Shown: positions 29,778 through 39,337 of the stretch, piece after piece
Layout: every line of letters starts with the position of its first letter
Position numbering within the stretch: the stretch's first letter is position 1
Sequence record: NZ_CP090684.1
DNA length: 64,000 bases
Source of the DNA: a plasmid
Reading direction: 5' to 3' (one strand)
Made by a program: the position numbers and the translations under genes
The notes under the pieces: model-generated
Seen by the model: only the letters and a program-made list of their open reading frames with translations
What the model was told of the DNA's origin: nothing
Database searches by the model: none

Positions 29778-29790
29778 GTTGACGGTCAAC
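29778..29790. promoter_or_regulatory. Perfect inverted repeat GTTGAC-G-GTCAAC in the par/rep operon promoter region (candidate KorA/ParA operator)
   Basis: Palindrome in the AT-rich leader about 90 bp upstream of the first operon gene. Confidence 0.4.
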
Positions 29791-30253
29791 ATATCTAGGT
29801 TGAATGCTGGCGAAATCGTGCGGTCGAACGCTCTGGGCTGTTGAAATTGAACGCTGAGAGCCAGGTCCCCAAGGCGGACAGCATTTCGCTCGCCTGCGAT
29901 ATATAATTTTAATCACTTATCACAGTGATCTATTTTCGCATGCGAAACCGCTTACCTCCAAGCATTCGAGCTGGAGTGCATAGAATGAGCGCTCGAAGTG
30001 TGTTTGCCGCGCCACAAAGCGGCCTGCTCGGGCCGCGCAGATTTCCGACTTCCCCTTTGTCCAACCGACCTGCATCACATTGCGCTGCGTTAAGCCGCGC
30101 CGCATCCTGCATCGGACGGCTCGGTGAAACCGCCGGAGCAAAGAGGCTGGTCCGGTAAAATGGGGCCACATTAAAAACGTAAGCACCCGCAGCGGGATCA
30201 TATCCGATCTAGGTCAAAATGGGATAGCCACTGGAACGGGCGAGCATTCGGAT

Positions 30254-30820
30254 ATGCCCCGGTCCATCCCGATTACCAGTGAGCGCTATCGGCGCCTTCG
30301 CGTTCAACTTGCCACCATGCGCATCCGCGCAGGTCTAACGCAAACTGAACTCGCAAAACGTTTGCACATCGACCAATCGAACCTGTCCAAGATCGAACGA
30401 GGAGAGCGCTACGTCGACTTCCTGACCTACGTCGACTGGTGCCGAGCCTGTGGCGTCTCCCCTGCCACATCAATGAGAAAGTTCTTGGAGCAGGACGACA
30501 GTCCACGACGGCCAGCCGACACCTCGATTCCTAAATCGGCGCGCAGCCAGCCGACGAAGCACGGGCCGCGGCGCGATCAGCAACATAGTCCGCACCGCGT
30601 ACCGCCCGTCAAAGTCGTGTCATCGATAAGCCAGCAGGAATTCTTGAGGTTCGCGAAAGCAACGCTCGGAATGACGTGGGATCAACTTGCAGCAGCTGCA
30701 GAGATCAACGCCCGCGCCCTGAAAACGTACCGCATGCCGGATACGTCGAAGGACTTCAGGCCACTCCCGATGCTTGCGAGAGCCGCAATCGAGAAGCTTC
30801 TTGACGGGCACTCCGCCTGA
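30254..30820 (+). CDS. XRE-family HTH transcriptional regulator (two HTH-like halves)
   Basis: LTQTELAKRLHIDQSNLSKIERGERY is a classic HTH_XRE motif. Confidence 0.7.
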   Translation: MPRSIPITSERYRRLRVQLATMRIRAGLTQTELAKRLHIDQSNLSKIERGERYVDFLTYVDWCRACGVSPATSMRKFLEQDDSPRRPADTSIPKSARSQPTKHGPRRDQQHSPHRVPPVKVVSSISQQEFLRFAKATLGMTWDQLAAAAEINARALKTYRMPDTSKDFRPLPMLARAAIEKLLDGHSA

Positions 30821-31129
30821 ATGGTACGCGGTGCGTACCATTACTATAGACGTCTGCAATGGAAGGCGATCGATGGATGATGCGGCGTCGCGACTCGGCG
30901 CCGGGCCTCGGCGTGTCGGACACATGCCCCCCGCCAGGAACCGTTATGCGTTCCCGTTTCGGATGTCGCGCGTGAACCAAGTCCGGACGCGCCAGTAGCC
31001 GCCCGGGCGCAACGCATCCGGTCGAGTAGCCACAACGGGTGCCCACGGCAACGGTTGCGGTCTCAAGTTGCGGCGCCAATTGCCGATATACGACACATAT
31101 CGGACATCTTTGAGGAGGAATTGAGCCAC

Positions 31130-31498
31130 ATGCGCAAGAAGTTCATTGCATCAACGCTAGTCGCTATAGCCCTTGCTGCTGGTGCGGTTTGCAACGCCAT
31201 CGCGGTGCCAAGCACGCAATTTACCCAAGCCTTCTCACCCGCCGAATACCAAGCGCTTGCGGTCGAACAGCGCCAGATCTACGTTGCAGGAGCGCTCGAC
31301 ACCGTTCGTATTTTCGCGCCGTCCGCCGAGCTCAGAAATTTCTACAATGTGTGCCTCACCCGGACGACCCTCGCTCAAGTGACCGCCGTGGTCGATGCTC
31401 GCGCAAGTCATCCAGAGCCGATCGACCAAGGGCTTATGCCGTTGATCGTGAATAACGCGGTGGCAGCGGAGTGCAATCGGAGCGGTTTCAGGTACTAA
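31130..31498 (+). CDS. Secreted hypothetical protein
   Basis: MRKKFIASTLVAIALAAGAVCNAIA signal peptide. Confidence 0.45.
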   Translation: MRKKFIASTLVAIALAAGAVCNAIAVPSTQFTQAFSPAEYQALAVEQRQIYVAGALDTVRIFAPSAELRNFYNVCLTRTTLAQVTAVVDARASHPEPIDQGLMPLIVNNAVAAECNRSGFRY

Positions 31499-31763
31499 CC
31501 CGGATTGCCGATAGCTGGCCCCACGGCCATCGAGCACCCATCGCCTGCCACGCAGGAATCGATTGCAACATGGGCCTTTCCTAATACCGCGGCATTTACG
31601 TGCTCGGTCCGCCGGAGGATGTCGACGACGTTCAACAGAGACGACAGCGATTCGATGCCGCGCTGCCTTGCAGCACGCGCGAGGCGATGCTTCAGCGATA
31701 GTCTCCGGACCTGGTCGCGTGCCAGAGGCAGCAACCGAGCTGTTGAAATCGGACCGCGACTCT

Positions 31764-32936
31764 TTATTGAGCACCTCGCGTCGGCGCAATCGCGACAGAG
31801 GCCGGTCGAGCCGTGGCGGTCGCGTTTTCGTTTGTCGCGTGGAAGGCTGGAGTCTCGCCGGTAGGCTTATCGAACCATTCCTGCTTCACGTTCACAACGG
31901 CTTGCACTGCGCTTGCAACGGCCGCAACTCCACCCAGGATCATCACCTTGCGCTGCAGTGCCTGGCTGTCAGCGTGTCGGCGCTCCTCGGTCAAGTATTG
32001 ATCGAGCACGCGAACAGCGTTGGGAAGCATTCGGTAAGCCGTGTTCTGTTGCACTACTTCAACGAGCCCCTCGGCAACCAATACGCGGACCAGCGCGCGA
32101 ATCCGCTGGAGCACCTCATCGGCTGCGGGGTGACGAATCCAACCGCGCTGATACAAAAGCGTGGCGATCATCACGGCGTCGATCGTGCGTCCATCTTGGT
32201 CCATCGAAAGCCTGACGATCGCCTGCAAGACGTCCATGCGCTCTTTGCGTTCTAACTGGCGGCGGTTGAATCGACCCTCTCGCCGTTCCTTGCGTCGTGC
32301 AACTCGGCTGTAGTGGCGAGTTCGGACCTTCAGCCAGAACCGAAACGGGTCGCGCTCGATAAACTCAAAGCGGCGAAGGTAGTAGACGAAGGTCGGTTTC
32401 GCCTGCACTGCGCGCGCCATTGGAATATCGACTGCGTCTGGTTGGTATCGACCGTCGTGCCACGGCCGACCCAGTACCCCGGATCTCGACAGGCCGACGA
32501 TCAGCACGTCTCCCTCCCCTTCAATACCGTCGAGTCCCGCGTAGAAATAGTTTCGTTGTTTCAAGCGCTCGTCACCCGTTACCGGGATGCGATCAGGCGA
32601 CGGGTTCTTCTGCACGATTTCGATGGCCTTACGCAGCCACAGCTCGTTCGGAAACATAGGTCGTGTTTTTATCTGGCGCGTACTCGCCGTATTGTTTGGT
32701 TCAGCGTTAAGAGCGTCGCGAAAATTTCCAACCGCGATTTCAATCAAAGCGCTGTTGGAACAGTCGCGTACCGGATAGACTGCTCGATGCCCGCCCCTCT
32801 CGGGGCGGGCTGGCCTTGTCAGTGGAGCATAGGTCCGTACAGTCGACTCAGCCTGATGCTCCAGGACAGCAGTTCGACGCCGGCGGCGGCGCAGTTCAGT
32901 CAGAGAGTCAGCGTTTTGAGTTTCATCCGGGCACAT
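31764..32936 (-). CDS. Hypothetical protein with C-terminal winged-helix-like DNA-binding region
   Basis: Coherent protein-like sequence (...LLYQRGWIRHPAADEVLQRIRALVRVLVAEGLV...). Start uncertain; an internal Met at 32657 is possible. Overlaps + strand ORFs judged spurious. Confidence 0.4.
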   Translation of the reverse strand: MCPDETQNADSLTELRRRRRRTAVLEHQAESTVRTYAPLTRPARPERGGHRAVYPVRDCSNSALIEIAVGNFRDALNAEPNNTASTRQIKTRPMFPNELWLRKAIEIVQKNPSPDRIPVTGDERLKQRNYFYAGLDGIEGEGDVLIVGLSRSGVLGRPWHDGRYQPDAVDIPMARAVQAKPTFVYYLRRFEFIERDPFRFWLKVRTRHYSRVARRKERREGRFNRRQLERKERMDVLQAIVRLSMDQDGRTIDAVMIATLLYQRGWIRHPAADEVLQRIRALVRVLVAEGLVEVVQQNTAYRMLPNAVRVLDQYLTEERRHADSQALQRKVMILGGVAAVASAVQAVVNVKQEWFDKPTGETPAFHATNENATATARPASVAIAPTRGAQ

Positions 32937-33307
32937 CCATTTTCATTTGATGTGCTCCGTATAGGCGTTCAAAGAGACGATGCCCGCGATGCCGGCGCGG
33001 TATGTCGGAAAAACCGAATCGTTCTTCTATTCCTTCTGCTCGCCGTGTCCGGCCCTTCACCCCCGATTCAAACGCGGCCTTATATCTGACGCCAGTACAT
33101 CACACCTATCCGGATGTGTCATCTGGCGTAGTACACCACTGGTTGCCGGCCGGGCTGCGTTTGGGCCGGTCGTCGCATAGCCGTCATTGGCCTACGCAAC
33201 CTGCAGAAGGACGCTCTGATACTTTTCCCATTATCGCCGCCGCGCGCAACGATGTCGGGATGACGAGCAGCTCCTCGAACGATGTCGCCCGATTGCTACT
33301 GCGTCGG

Positions 33308-35620
33308 TCACCACGTCCAGCGCTCACCGGCCACTTCGGCCCACGCCTCGCTCTCCGACGCACACCGATGCTGTTCTGCGGTCATCGCGATCTGAACAAG
33401 CAGGTCATCGACGCGCCGATCGAACGCATCTTGGTTGTCAAATGGCACCTGTAGCACGGTCACACCGTCTCGGATCGGCGTCCGCCCGAACCCGGCCAGT
33501 ACTTCACGTTCGACGCGCTCGAGGACGCGTGCGCGACCACGCCCGCCCGGCCGCTTCGGCTCGACCCGCAGCTTCACGTGCACGGCGACGAGTTGGGCCG
33601 CTGCGCCCGTGTCCGCCCGGGCAGGCGGCGACGCGACCGGCACGCCCATGGCCGCCGGCGGATCCGCGCGATCGAGCGCGGCGTTGAACAACGCCTCGAC
33701 CGACTGGAACTGGCGTACCGCATCCGCCTTTGTATATAGCGTGGTGGTCCCTAGGCTGGCATGACCGAGCAACTCCTGCATGTCTCGTATGTCCGCGCCG
33801 GCGTCCAGGCCATGGTTCGCGAAAGTGTGGCGCAACCAGTGCGTGCTCGCACGGCGCAAGTCCGCCGCCGCGTTCGGATACGTGGCGGCCAACTGATCCG
33901 CCGCCCGCGCAAAAATCCCCTTGTAGAGCCGTCCGACCACGTCCGGATGCAGTGCTTCGCCGGTCACCAGGTTCGCGATGAGCGGCGTATCGGCCGGCGC
34001 GGTTTCGAGCGTCAGCGGAATCGGGCGGGCGCGCAGCTGCGCGCGCAGCGCGTCGATGAGTCGCCGCGGCATCGGCACAGTGCGTGCGCGCCGGCCCTTG
34101 CCCATCACCTTCAGGCTCCACGCATCGTCGAGCGCGCCATCGAGCGCGGTGCGCGTGAGTGCGCCGGTGGTCGCGGCGGCGATTTCAGCCCGTCGCAGTC
34201 CGGTGACGTAGGCAAACAACAGCAGGAACGCGTCGCGCGCGTTTGCAGCCTGATTCGCTGACCGATTCGCCAGTTGGGAGTCGCCGCCATCGAAGGCCGA
34301 CGTAGGGCGCAGCACCGTCTGCAGCACATACTGCCACTGCGCACGCGTGAGCGAGCGCCCGGTCGCGTCGATCGGTACCGAGGGCGCGGCCGGAAGTCCA
34401 GCGAACGGATTCACACGCAGATACTGCTGGGCAACCAACCATTCGCCCATCGCATTCAGGATCCGCCGCGCGGTGTCGCGGCTGCGTTCGGACAGCGGCC
34501 CGACGAACGGTCGCCATGCGGGATCGAAACGCTCGACGCGGCTGCGGCCGATCCAGCGCGCAGCGGGTTGCGGGTCGCGCAGGAACACGTCGAGATATTC
34601 CGCGCAGTCCATCGTATTCAACGACGACAGCGGCTTGCCCTTCGCGACGATCGCCCACAGCAGCAATCGCTCGGCTTCGCGCCGGTACGCGCGGCGGGTC
34701 GCTTCGCTGCGCGCGCCGCGCGTCGCGATCCAGGCATGTACCGCCTGCAGGTCGGTGTTCAGTTCGGCCTGGTGCGCAGGCACAGGTGCACGGTTCAGGC
34801 CGGCCGAGCCGTCGAGGGCGGCTGGCACGCGCAGCGCCTCGAGCGGCGCCACGTCGGCAGCAGCGCCCGGTAGCGGCTGCAGCGCCGGGTGACCCGGTGC
34901 GAAATGCCGACGCGGCGTGACGGCGAGAGGCGAAAGGTACCCAAGCGTGTCCGGGTGTTGCGCAATGAAGTCGGTAATGCGCTGCGCGCCGATCGCGCCC
35001 AGGCGCGGTATCGCGCGGTACCACCGTTGGCGCCGTGTACGCATCAGCGCGAGCAGCTCGGCGAACGTCGTGATGCCGGCCGCCGCGAGCCGTGCGACCA
35101 CGCGCGAGTCGAACCAGCCGTCGAGCGTGTGGTCGGGCCGCGGCGCCTCGACGAGACTGGCCTCCATGCGCGCGAGTGCGGCGTCCTGGCGATCGCGTAG
35201 TCGACGATTGCGCGCGGTCTTGCTATCGAGCGCGGGCGACGACGCCGGCGGGTAGGTCTCGATATACAGCGCGACGAGCTCCCGCTCGCTGTAGAACGCG
35301 TCCGGATCCACCTCGGCCCGGAACTCCTCGAGCGTCGGCACTTCCCGGCCGGCCGCGGCGCCGGCGTGCGCGTCGCGCGGCAGGCTACCAGGTTTCAGGC
35401 GTAGCAGGTGCGCGGCGTCGACGTCGCGCGCGCGCCGCGCGGCGATCGTGAGCGTATCGCGCAGCGTCGCGATCGTGCGGCGCGTCACGCGCACGTCGGT
35501 CCCCGGCACGCCGTAGTGCGCATGCAGCGTCGCTTCGTCGAGCCCTTCGAGGTACGCTCGGTACAGCGCGAAGTGGCCCGGGGTCAGGCGCAGCGTTGCG
35601 CGAGCGGGTGAAGCACGCAC
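33308..35620 (-). CDS. Large tyrosine recombinase/integrase with N-terminal DUF3701-like HhH region
   Basis: 770 aa. Box II HWLRHTFANHGL...LLGHASLGTTTLYTKA. Helix-hairpin-helix region (ITTFAELLALMRTRRQRWYRAIPRLGAIGAQRITDF). Last gene of a coupled operon. Confidence 0.85.
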   Translation of the reverse strand: MRASPARATLRLTPGHFALYRAYLEGLDEATLHAHYGVPGTDVRVTRRTIATLRDTLTIAARRARDVDAAHLLRLKPGSLPRDAHAGAAAGREVPTLEEFRAEVDPDAFYSERELVALYIETYPPASSPALDSKTARNRRLRDRQDAALARMEASLVEAPRPDHTLDGWFDSRVVARLAAAGITTFAELLALMRTRRQRWYRAIPRLGAIGAQRITDFIAQHPDTLGYLSPLAVTPRRHFAPGHPALQPLPGAAADVAPLEALRVPAALDGSAGLNRAPVPAHQAELNTDLQAVHAWIATRGARSEATRRAYRREAERLLLWAIVAKGKPLSSLNTMDCAEYLDVFLRDPQPAARWIGRSRVERFDPAWRPFVGPLSERSRDTARRILNAMGEWLVAQQYLRVNPFAGLPAAPSVPIDATGRSLTRAQWQYVLQTVLRPTSAFDGGDSQLANRSANQAANARDAFLLLFAYVTGLRRAEIAAATTGALTRTALDGALDDAWSLKVMGKGRRARTVPMPRRLIDALRAQLRARPIPLTLETAPADTPLIANLVTGEALHPDVVGRLYKGIFARAADQLAATYPNAAADLRRASTHWLRHTFANHGLDAGADIRDMQELLGHASLGTTTLYTKADAVRQFQSVEALFNAALDRADPPAAMGVPVASPPARADTGAAAQLVAVHVKLRVEPKRPGGRGRARVLERVEREVLAGFGRTPIRDGVTVLQVPFDNQDAFDRRVDDLLVQIAMTAEQHRCASESEAWAEVAGERWTW

Positions 35621-35621
35621 G

Positions 35622-36353
35622 TCACTGGCCTCCGGTCGGCGTCGGGTGCAGCCACGCGGTGCGCCGCGCGATCCAGCCGAGGCCCCAGCTGACGCCCATC
35701 AGGCCAGCGAGGCCGAGACCGAGATGCACGGCGACCAACGCCGGCGCCTCGTGCACGCGCGGCGCGTGATAGATCTTCCACATGACGTCGAGAAACAACC
35801 AGAATCCCGACCCCGCAACGGCGGTGAACCACTGCGGCACCGCGAGCGCGGCCTGGGCGACCTGCTGTCGATAAATCAGCGGCACGAGCACGTACGCAGC
35901 CGTAATCACCCCCATCAGCACCCGCGTGCCCGGATACATCACCGACCCCACGCCGTAGCTCAAGGCGGCCGCGCCGAGCGCGAAGATCGCCCATTGCCAC
36001 GCGACGAACGGTTCGGCGAAGGGTTCAACGGGCCGGTCGCGTCCCGACACGAGCACCGCGTAGCCGACCTGCAGGATCCCGAAGCCGATCAGGGCGCAGC
36101 CCGCACCGGTGGCAGCGTGCTCCAGCGCGGAGAGCGCATCGTGATGGCCGACGGCCGCGCGGACCCATGCGCGCGCGGCGCGCGCGGCAGTGTCCCCGTG
36201 TTGCGCCGCCTTGCGCCATGCGTCGCCGGCGGCCTCGAATGTCGACGCGATCACGATGAGCAGGCCGCCCAGCAACGCGTGATAGAGGATGCGCAGCGGC
36301 TCCGGCCAGTGTTCGATCGACCAGCAGCGGCGCGACGCGCGTAGTTCGCTCAT
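35622..36353 (-). CDS. Polytopic inner-membrane protein of unknown function
   Basis: Start MSELRASRR with ATGA overlap to the upstream gene. About 6 TM helices. Ends 1 nt before the integrase start. Confidence 0.5.
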   Translation of the reverse strand: MSELRASRRCWSIEHWPEPLRILYHALLGGLLIVIASTFEAAGDAWRKAAQHGDTAARAARAWVRAAVGHHDALSALEHAATGAGCALIGFGILQVGYAVLVSGRDRPVEPFAEPFVAWQWAIFALGAAALSYGVGSVMYPGTRVLMGVITAAYVLVPLIYRQQVAQAALAVPQWFTAVAGSGFWLFLDVMWKIYHAPRVHEAPALVAVHLGLGLAGLMGVSWGLGWIARRTAWLHPTPTGGQ

Positions 36354-36658
36354 GCGTGGCCTCCGGTTGCCGAGCGCCGCGGCGCGCCCTCGATGAGGGC
36401 GGCCATGCGCGCCAGCACGTCGCGCATGAACGCGGGTGCCGCGCACTGCGCGTCGGCCGGGTGGAAGATCCGCTCAGAGCGGAACCCGAGGTAGGACAAG
36501 CGCCACGCGCCGTCTGTCTCGAACTGCAGGTGTGCGGGATGGCCGGCGAACAGTGCGCTGAATTTGTTCGTGTCCTGCGCGGCGTGCTGGTCGGCGATCC
36601 AGCGCTGTTGCGCGAACGCGAGAAACCGCGCGCGCACGTAGGTGGTGGTCAGGGCCAT
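36350..36658 (-). CDS. Hypothetical protein (103 aa)
   Basis: Start MALTTTYVRARF, 10 nt after the upstream stop. Confidence 0.4.
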   Translation of the reverse strand: MALTTTYVRARFLAFAQQRWIADQHAAQDTNKFSALFAGHPAHLQFETDGAWRLSYLGFRSERIFHPADAQCAAPAFMRDVLARMAALIEGAPRRSATGGHA

Positions 36659-36668
36659 GAGCAGATCT

Positions 36669-36866
36669 TCAGGGATTAGCGCGCAACGCCAGCGCCGCGC
36701 GCAGGTTCGATTCGGCCAGCGCGAGCCGGCGCTGCAGCGCGTCCTTTTGGTCGACCACGACGGCGAACGCGTCCTCGGTCGCCTCGAGCTCGTGCGCGAC
36801 GTCGAGCAGCGCCTGCACGACATCGGCCGGCAGCGTGCCGCGGTAACGCCGCATGCAGTCTCGCAA
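36669..36866 (-). CDS. Small alpha-helical hypothetical protein (65 aa)
   Basis: Coiled-coil-like sequence. Lies between the protease gene and the 103-aa gene. Confidence 0.3.
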   Translation of the reverse strand: MRDCMRRYRGTLPADVVQALLDVAHELEATEDAFAVVVDQKDALQRRLALAESNLRAALALRANP

Positions 36867-36965
36867 GTGCGCGGGGCTCGGCGAATTCGGTGCGTACAGT
36901 CGCGTCGTCGTTCAGCAAAGCGAGGCGCATGCTATCGGGCTCGCTCAGTGGTGGAACAGGTGCGT

Positions 36966-37886
36966 TCATGCGACACCGCCCGCGGGCGCAGCGGGCGAAT
37001 CCGCCTGCAGACACGAGAAGCCTCGAGCAGCCAACTCGCGCAGCGTCAGTTGCACAACCTGCCCGCCGTCGACTTCGCATGGCAGAGACAGGTCAAACGC
37101 GTCACGGACCTTGGCGATGTACGAGCAGTCCGTGTCCGGTTCCTGGCTCGACACGTTGATGCCAACAACCGCCCCACTGTCGTCAAAGACCGGCCCACCG
37201 CTGGCGCCCCCGTGGAGATGCATCGATGTCTCGAAGCTGGGAAACGGCAGCAAGACGCGATCGCGCATCACCGGATAATGCTCGACGATATGACCGTCGT
37301 AGTAATGTGAGTGGAGGTCAAGCCGAGCGTTCCGTCCTCCTTGTTGAGCCTCGAATACCGCATCGGGAAGCGCAAACGTGAAGACGTGCTCTCCAATCAC
37401 GGGATCGCGGGCACTCAATCGCAGGATCGGGTTAGGCAGCGGCGCACCGGTCACCCGATGAACACTCGGGGCCAGCACGCAGAGCGCGATGTCGGTAACC
37501 GCATGCGTTACAGCATGAACCACGGGTCGACGTTGATACTGGCCGCCGTCCAGGACATGCACGCACCACAGCCGCGGATACCCGTGAGGGTCCGACTCAA
37601 ATGCGACCTGGGCCACATGCGCCGCGGTGATCAACACACCCGGTGCCACGAAGAAGCCCGTCCCGACGATCTCCATCGCCTGGCCATCTTCGGTGCGCCG
37701 AAACATCGACACCACTACGGTCGCCGGATCGGCTGGTCGGCCGTCCGCGAAGCGCGGTTCAAAGAACTCGGGTGCGGCAACGCCGACCAGGGCGGCCGCA
37801 CGGTGTCGGTCCAATTCGGCTTGTTTGCGCGCTTTCGCCTGCTCGACACGTTGTGCGTAAGTGCCGCGTTGCCGTGATTCACTCAT
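36966..37886 (-). CDS. Trypsin-like (chymotrypsin fold) serine protease
   Basis: Catalytic triad context GVLITAAHV (His), TDIALCVL (Asp), GGASGGPVFD (Ser). No signal peptide. Confidence 0.75.
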   Translation of the reverse strand: MSESRQRGTYAQRVEQAKARKQAELDRHRAAALVGVAAPEFFEPRFADGRPADPATVVVSMFRRTEDGQAMEIVGTGFFVAPGVLITAAHVAQVAFESDPHGYPRLWCVHVLDGGQYQRRPVVHAVTHAVTDIALCVLAPSVHRVTGAPLPNPILRLSARDPVIGEHVFTFALPDAVFEAQQGGRNARLDLHSHYYDGHIVEHYPVMRDRVLLPFPSFETSMHLHGGASGGPVFDDSGAVVGINVSSQEPDTDCSYIAKVRDAFDLSLPCEVDGGQVVQLTLRELAARGFSCLQADSPAAPAGGVA

Positions 37887-38037
37887 CTGCGATGCTCCGT
37901 TGGCGGTCGTCGATCAGGACCATAGCAGTGTCTGGGCCGCCACGGAAACGGTGCGTGCCGTGCGGATCCAGGCCGAGCCGTTCCAGCGCGTGGTGGCCGG
38001 CCGCCTCGAGCGCGTGATTGACGACCGCAGCGCTCAT
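37879..38037 (-). CDS. Tiny coupled ORF (52 aa) between unknown 202-aa gene and protease
   Basis: ATG overlaps the upstream stop (ATGA) and the 3' end overlaps the protease start by 8 nt. Coding status uncertain. Confidence 0.25.
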   Translation of the reverse strand: MSAAVVNHALEAAGHHALERLGLDPHGTHRFRGGPDTAMVLIDDRQRSIADE

Positions 38038-38642
38038 TCGCCAAGCCCCGATGGAGGGGCCACGTCGGCCGCCACACGCATCAGCTCCATCACGTAGTCG
38101 GGCATCGTCAGCGCGATCGCCGACGCCTGCTCGAAGCTGACGATGCTCTTCGGCTCGTCGCCATAAGACAGATCCGTGATGGCGAATTCGACTGCCTGCT
38201 TGCCGAGCTTCATGCGCCGCTTCACCGCATAGGTGGCCCTGCCGCCCAGTTCGTATCCGACGATCTCCGCCACGGTCGTGCCGATCACCGCGTGCCAGTG
38301 GGACGCATCGGCCGCGAGCGCGTACCAGGTCACACTGCCGCTGCGACGTTTCGCAAATTCGAACGCGGTCGCCCATGCGAGCGCGTCCTCCGCAGTGGCA
38401 AAGCCGTCCTTGCGGGCAGCCAGCTCGTACAAGCCGGTCGCCCGGACGGTCGCTAGGAACGTTGGAGCGCGTTCATTGGCGCCGGGCCGTTCAACGAGCG
38501 TCACGTCGGGCAGGCGCGGCTCGCCGCTCGGGCTGAGTTCGACCGAGCCGTCGCTCCGATGGAGGAGCATCCAGCTGTAGCCTCCGACGTCGACGGTCGA
38601 ATAGTTCGCCATGGCGGCGAACGAGCTGGGGATCTGGGTCAT
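38034..38642 (-). CDS. Hypothetical protein (202 aa), no recognisable domain
   Basis: Protein-like composition. Translationally coupled to downstream genes. Confidence 0.5.
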   Translation of the reverse strand: MTQIPSSFAAMANYSTVDVGGYSWMLLHRSDGSVELSPSGEPRLPDVTLVERPGANERAPTFLATVRATGLYELAARKDGFATAEDALAWATAFEFAKRRSGSVTWYALAADASHWHAVIGTTVAEIVGYELGGRATYAVKRRMKLGKQAVEFAITDLSYGDEPKSIVSFEQASAIALTMPDYVMELMRVAADVAPPSGLGE

Positions 38643-38673
38643 GTTAGGTCCTGGTCGAGGGTCGAGGTCGGGT

Positions 38674-38994
38674 TCACTTCCAGAACAGCGCGGGCGCGTC
38701 CAGCGTCAGGGCCAACGCTTGGTCGTCTGAAAGCCCGGCGTCGACCTGTTTGCCGTCCTGATCCGTCACGCTCGTCAGGACGAGAAAATCGCGCGTCTCG
38801 GGACCGGCGTCGGTCTGACGGGTCAACGGCCGACCCTCATAAAGCGCTTGGCGCGCCGGCTCGCCCGCAAAATCGTGAGTCAGGCGAAACAGGAGGCCGG
38901 CGGAACCGCCGTACGGCGACAGGCCATCGCGATGAAGGGGCCCGCCTACACAGCGGCAGATGTCTTGGTGGTTCGATGCAGCGAAGCTGGTCAT
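38674..38994 (-). CDS. Hypothetical protein (106 aa)
   Basis: Start MTSFAASNHQ. First ORF after the terminator at 39275-39296. Confidence 0.35.
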   Translation of the reverse strand: MTSFAASNHQDICRCVGGPLHRDGLSPYGGSAGLLFRLTHDFAGEPARQALYEGRPLTRQTDAGPETRDFLVLTSVTDQDGKQVDAGLSDDQALALTLDAPALFWK

Positions 38995-39274
38995 GCCGGA
39001 ATTCCCCGTCAGAGTGGTTGGGGCTCGCGCGCCGCGAGCCGTGTTGGACGCCACGAAAAACGTAGCGCCGATCATTGTGCCGGTCGCGGTCCGAAGGCGG
39101 ACCGACGCCGACGAATCGAACCAGGCGCCCTCGCCGGCCTTGCGCGGCGGGGTCTGGACAAGTATAGGAGAAAATGCGGCCGATCTGACAGCGAAAAGTG
39201 GTCCATCTGATAAGCACAGTTATCAGATGTAGCAGTTTTGCCGCCTGCCCTACTGCACGCTGCCGCCGACCATG

Positions 39275-39296
39275 AAAAAACCCGGCCGGAGCCGGG
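39275..39296 (-). terminator. Rho-independent terminator downstream of vapC
   Basis: On the minus strand: CCCGGCTCCGGCCGGG hairpin followed by TTTTTT. Confidence 0.65.
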
Positions 39297-39337
39297 TGTT
39301 GCTGCACGAACAGATCGACGTGCGCGCTTGCATTTCG

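Noticed and set aside
31563-33089. Two + strand ORFs (230 and 258 aa)
   Set aside because: They overlap the more protein-like minus-strand ORF 31764-32936. Translations are Arg/Ser-rich. Judged spurious, though the region's coding assignment is uncertain.
36867-36965. Possible promoter splitting the integrase operon
   Set aside because: A 100-bp gap between the protease and the 65-aa ORF was considered as an internal boundary. No clear -35/-10 or terminator was seen, so the operon call is retained but flagged as inference.
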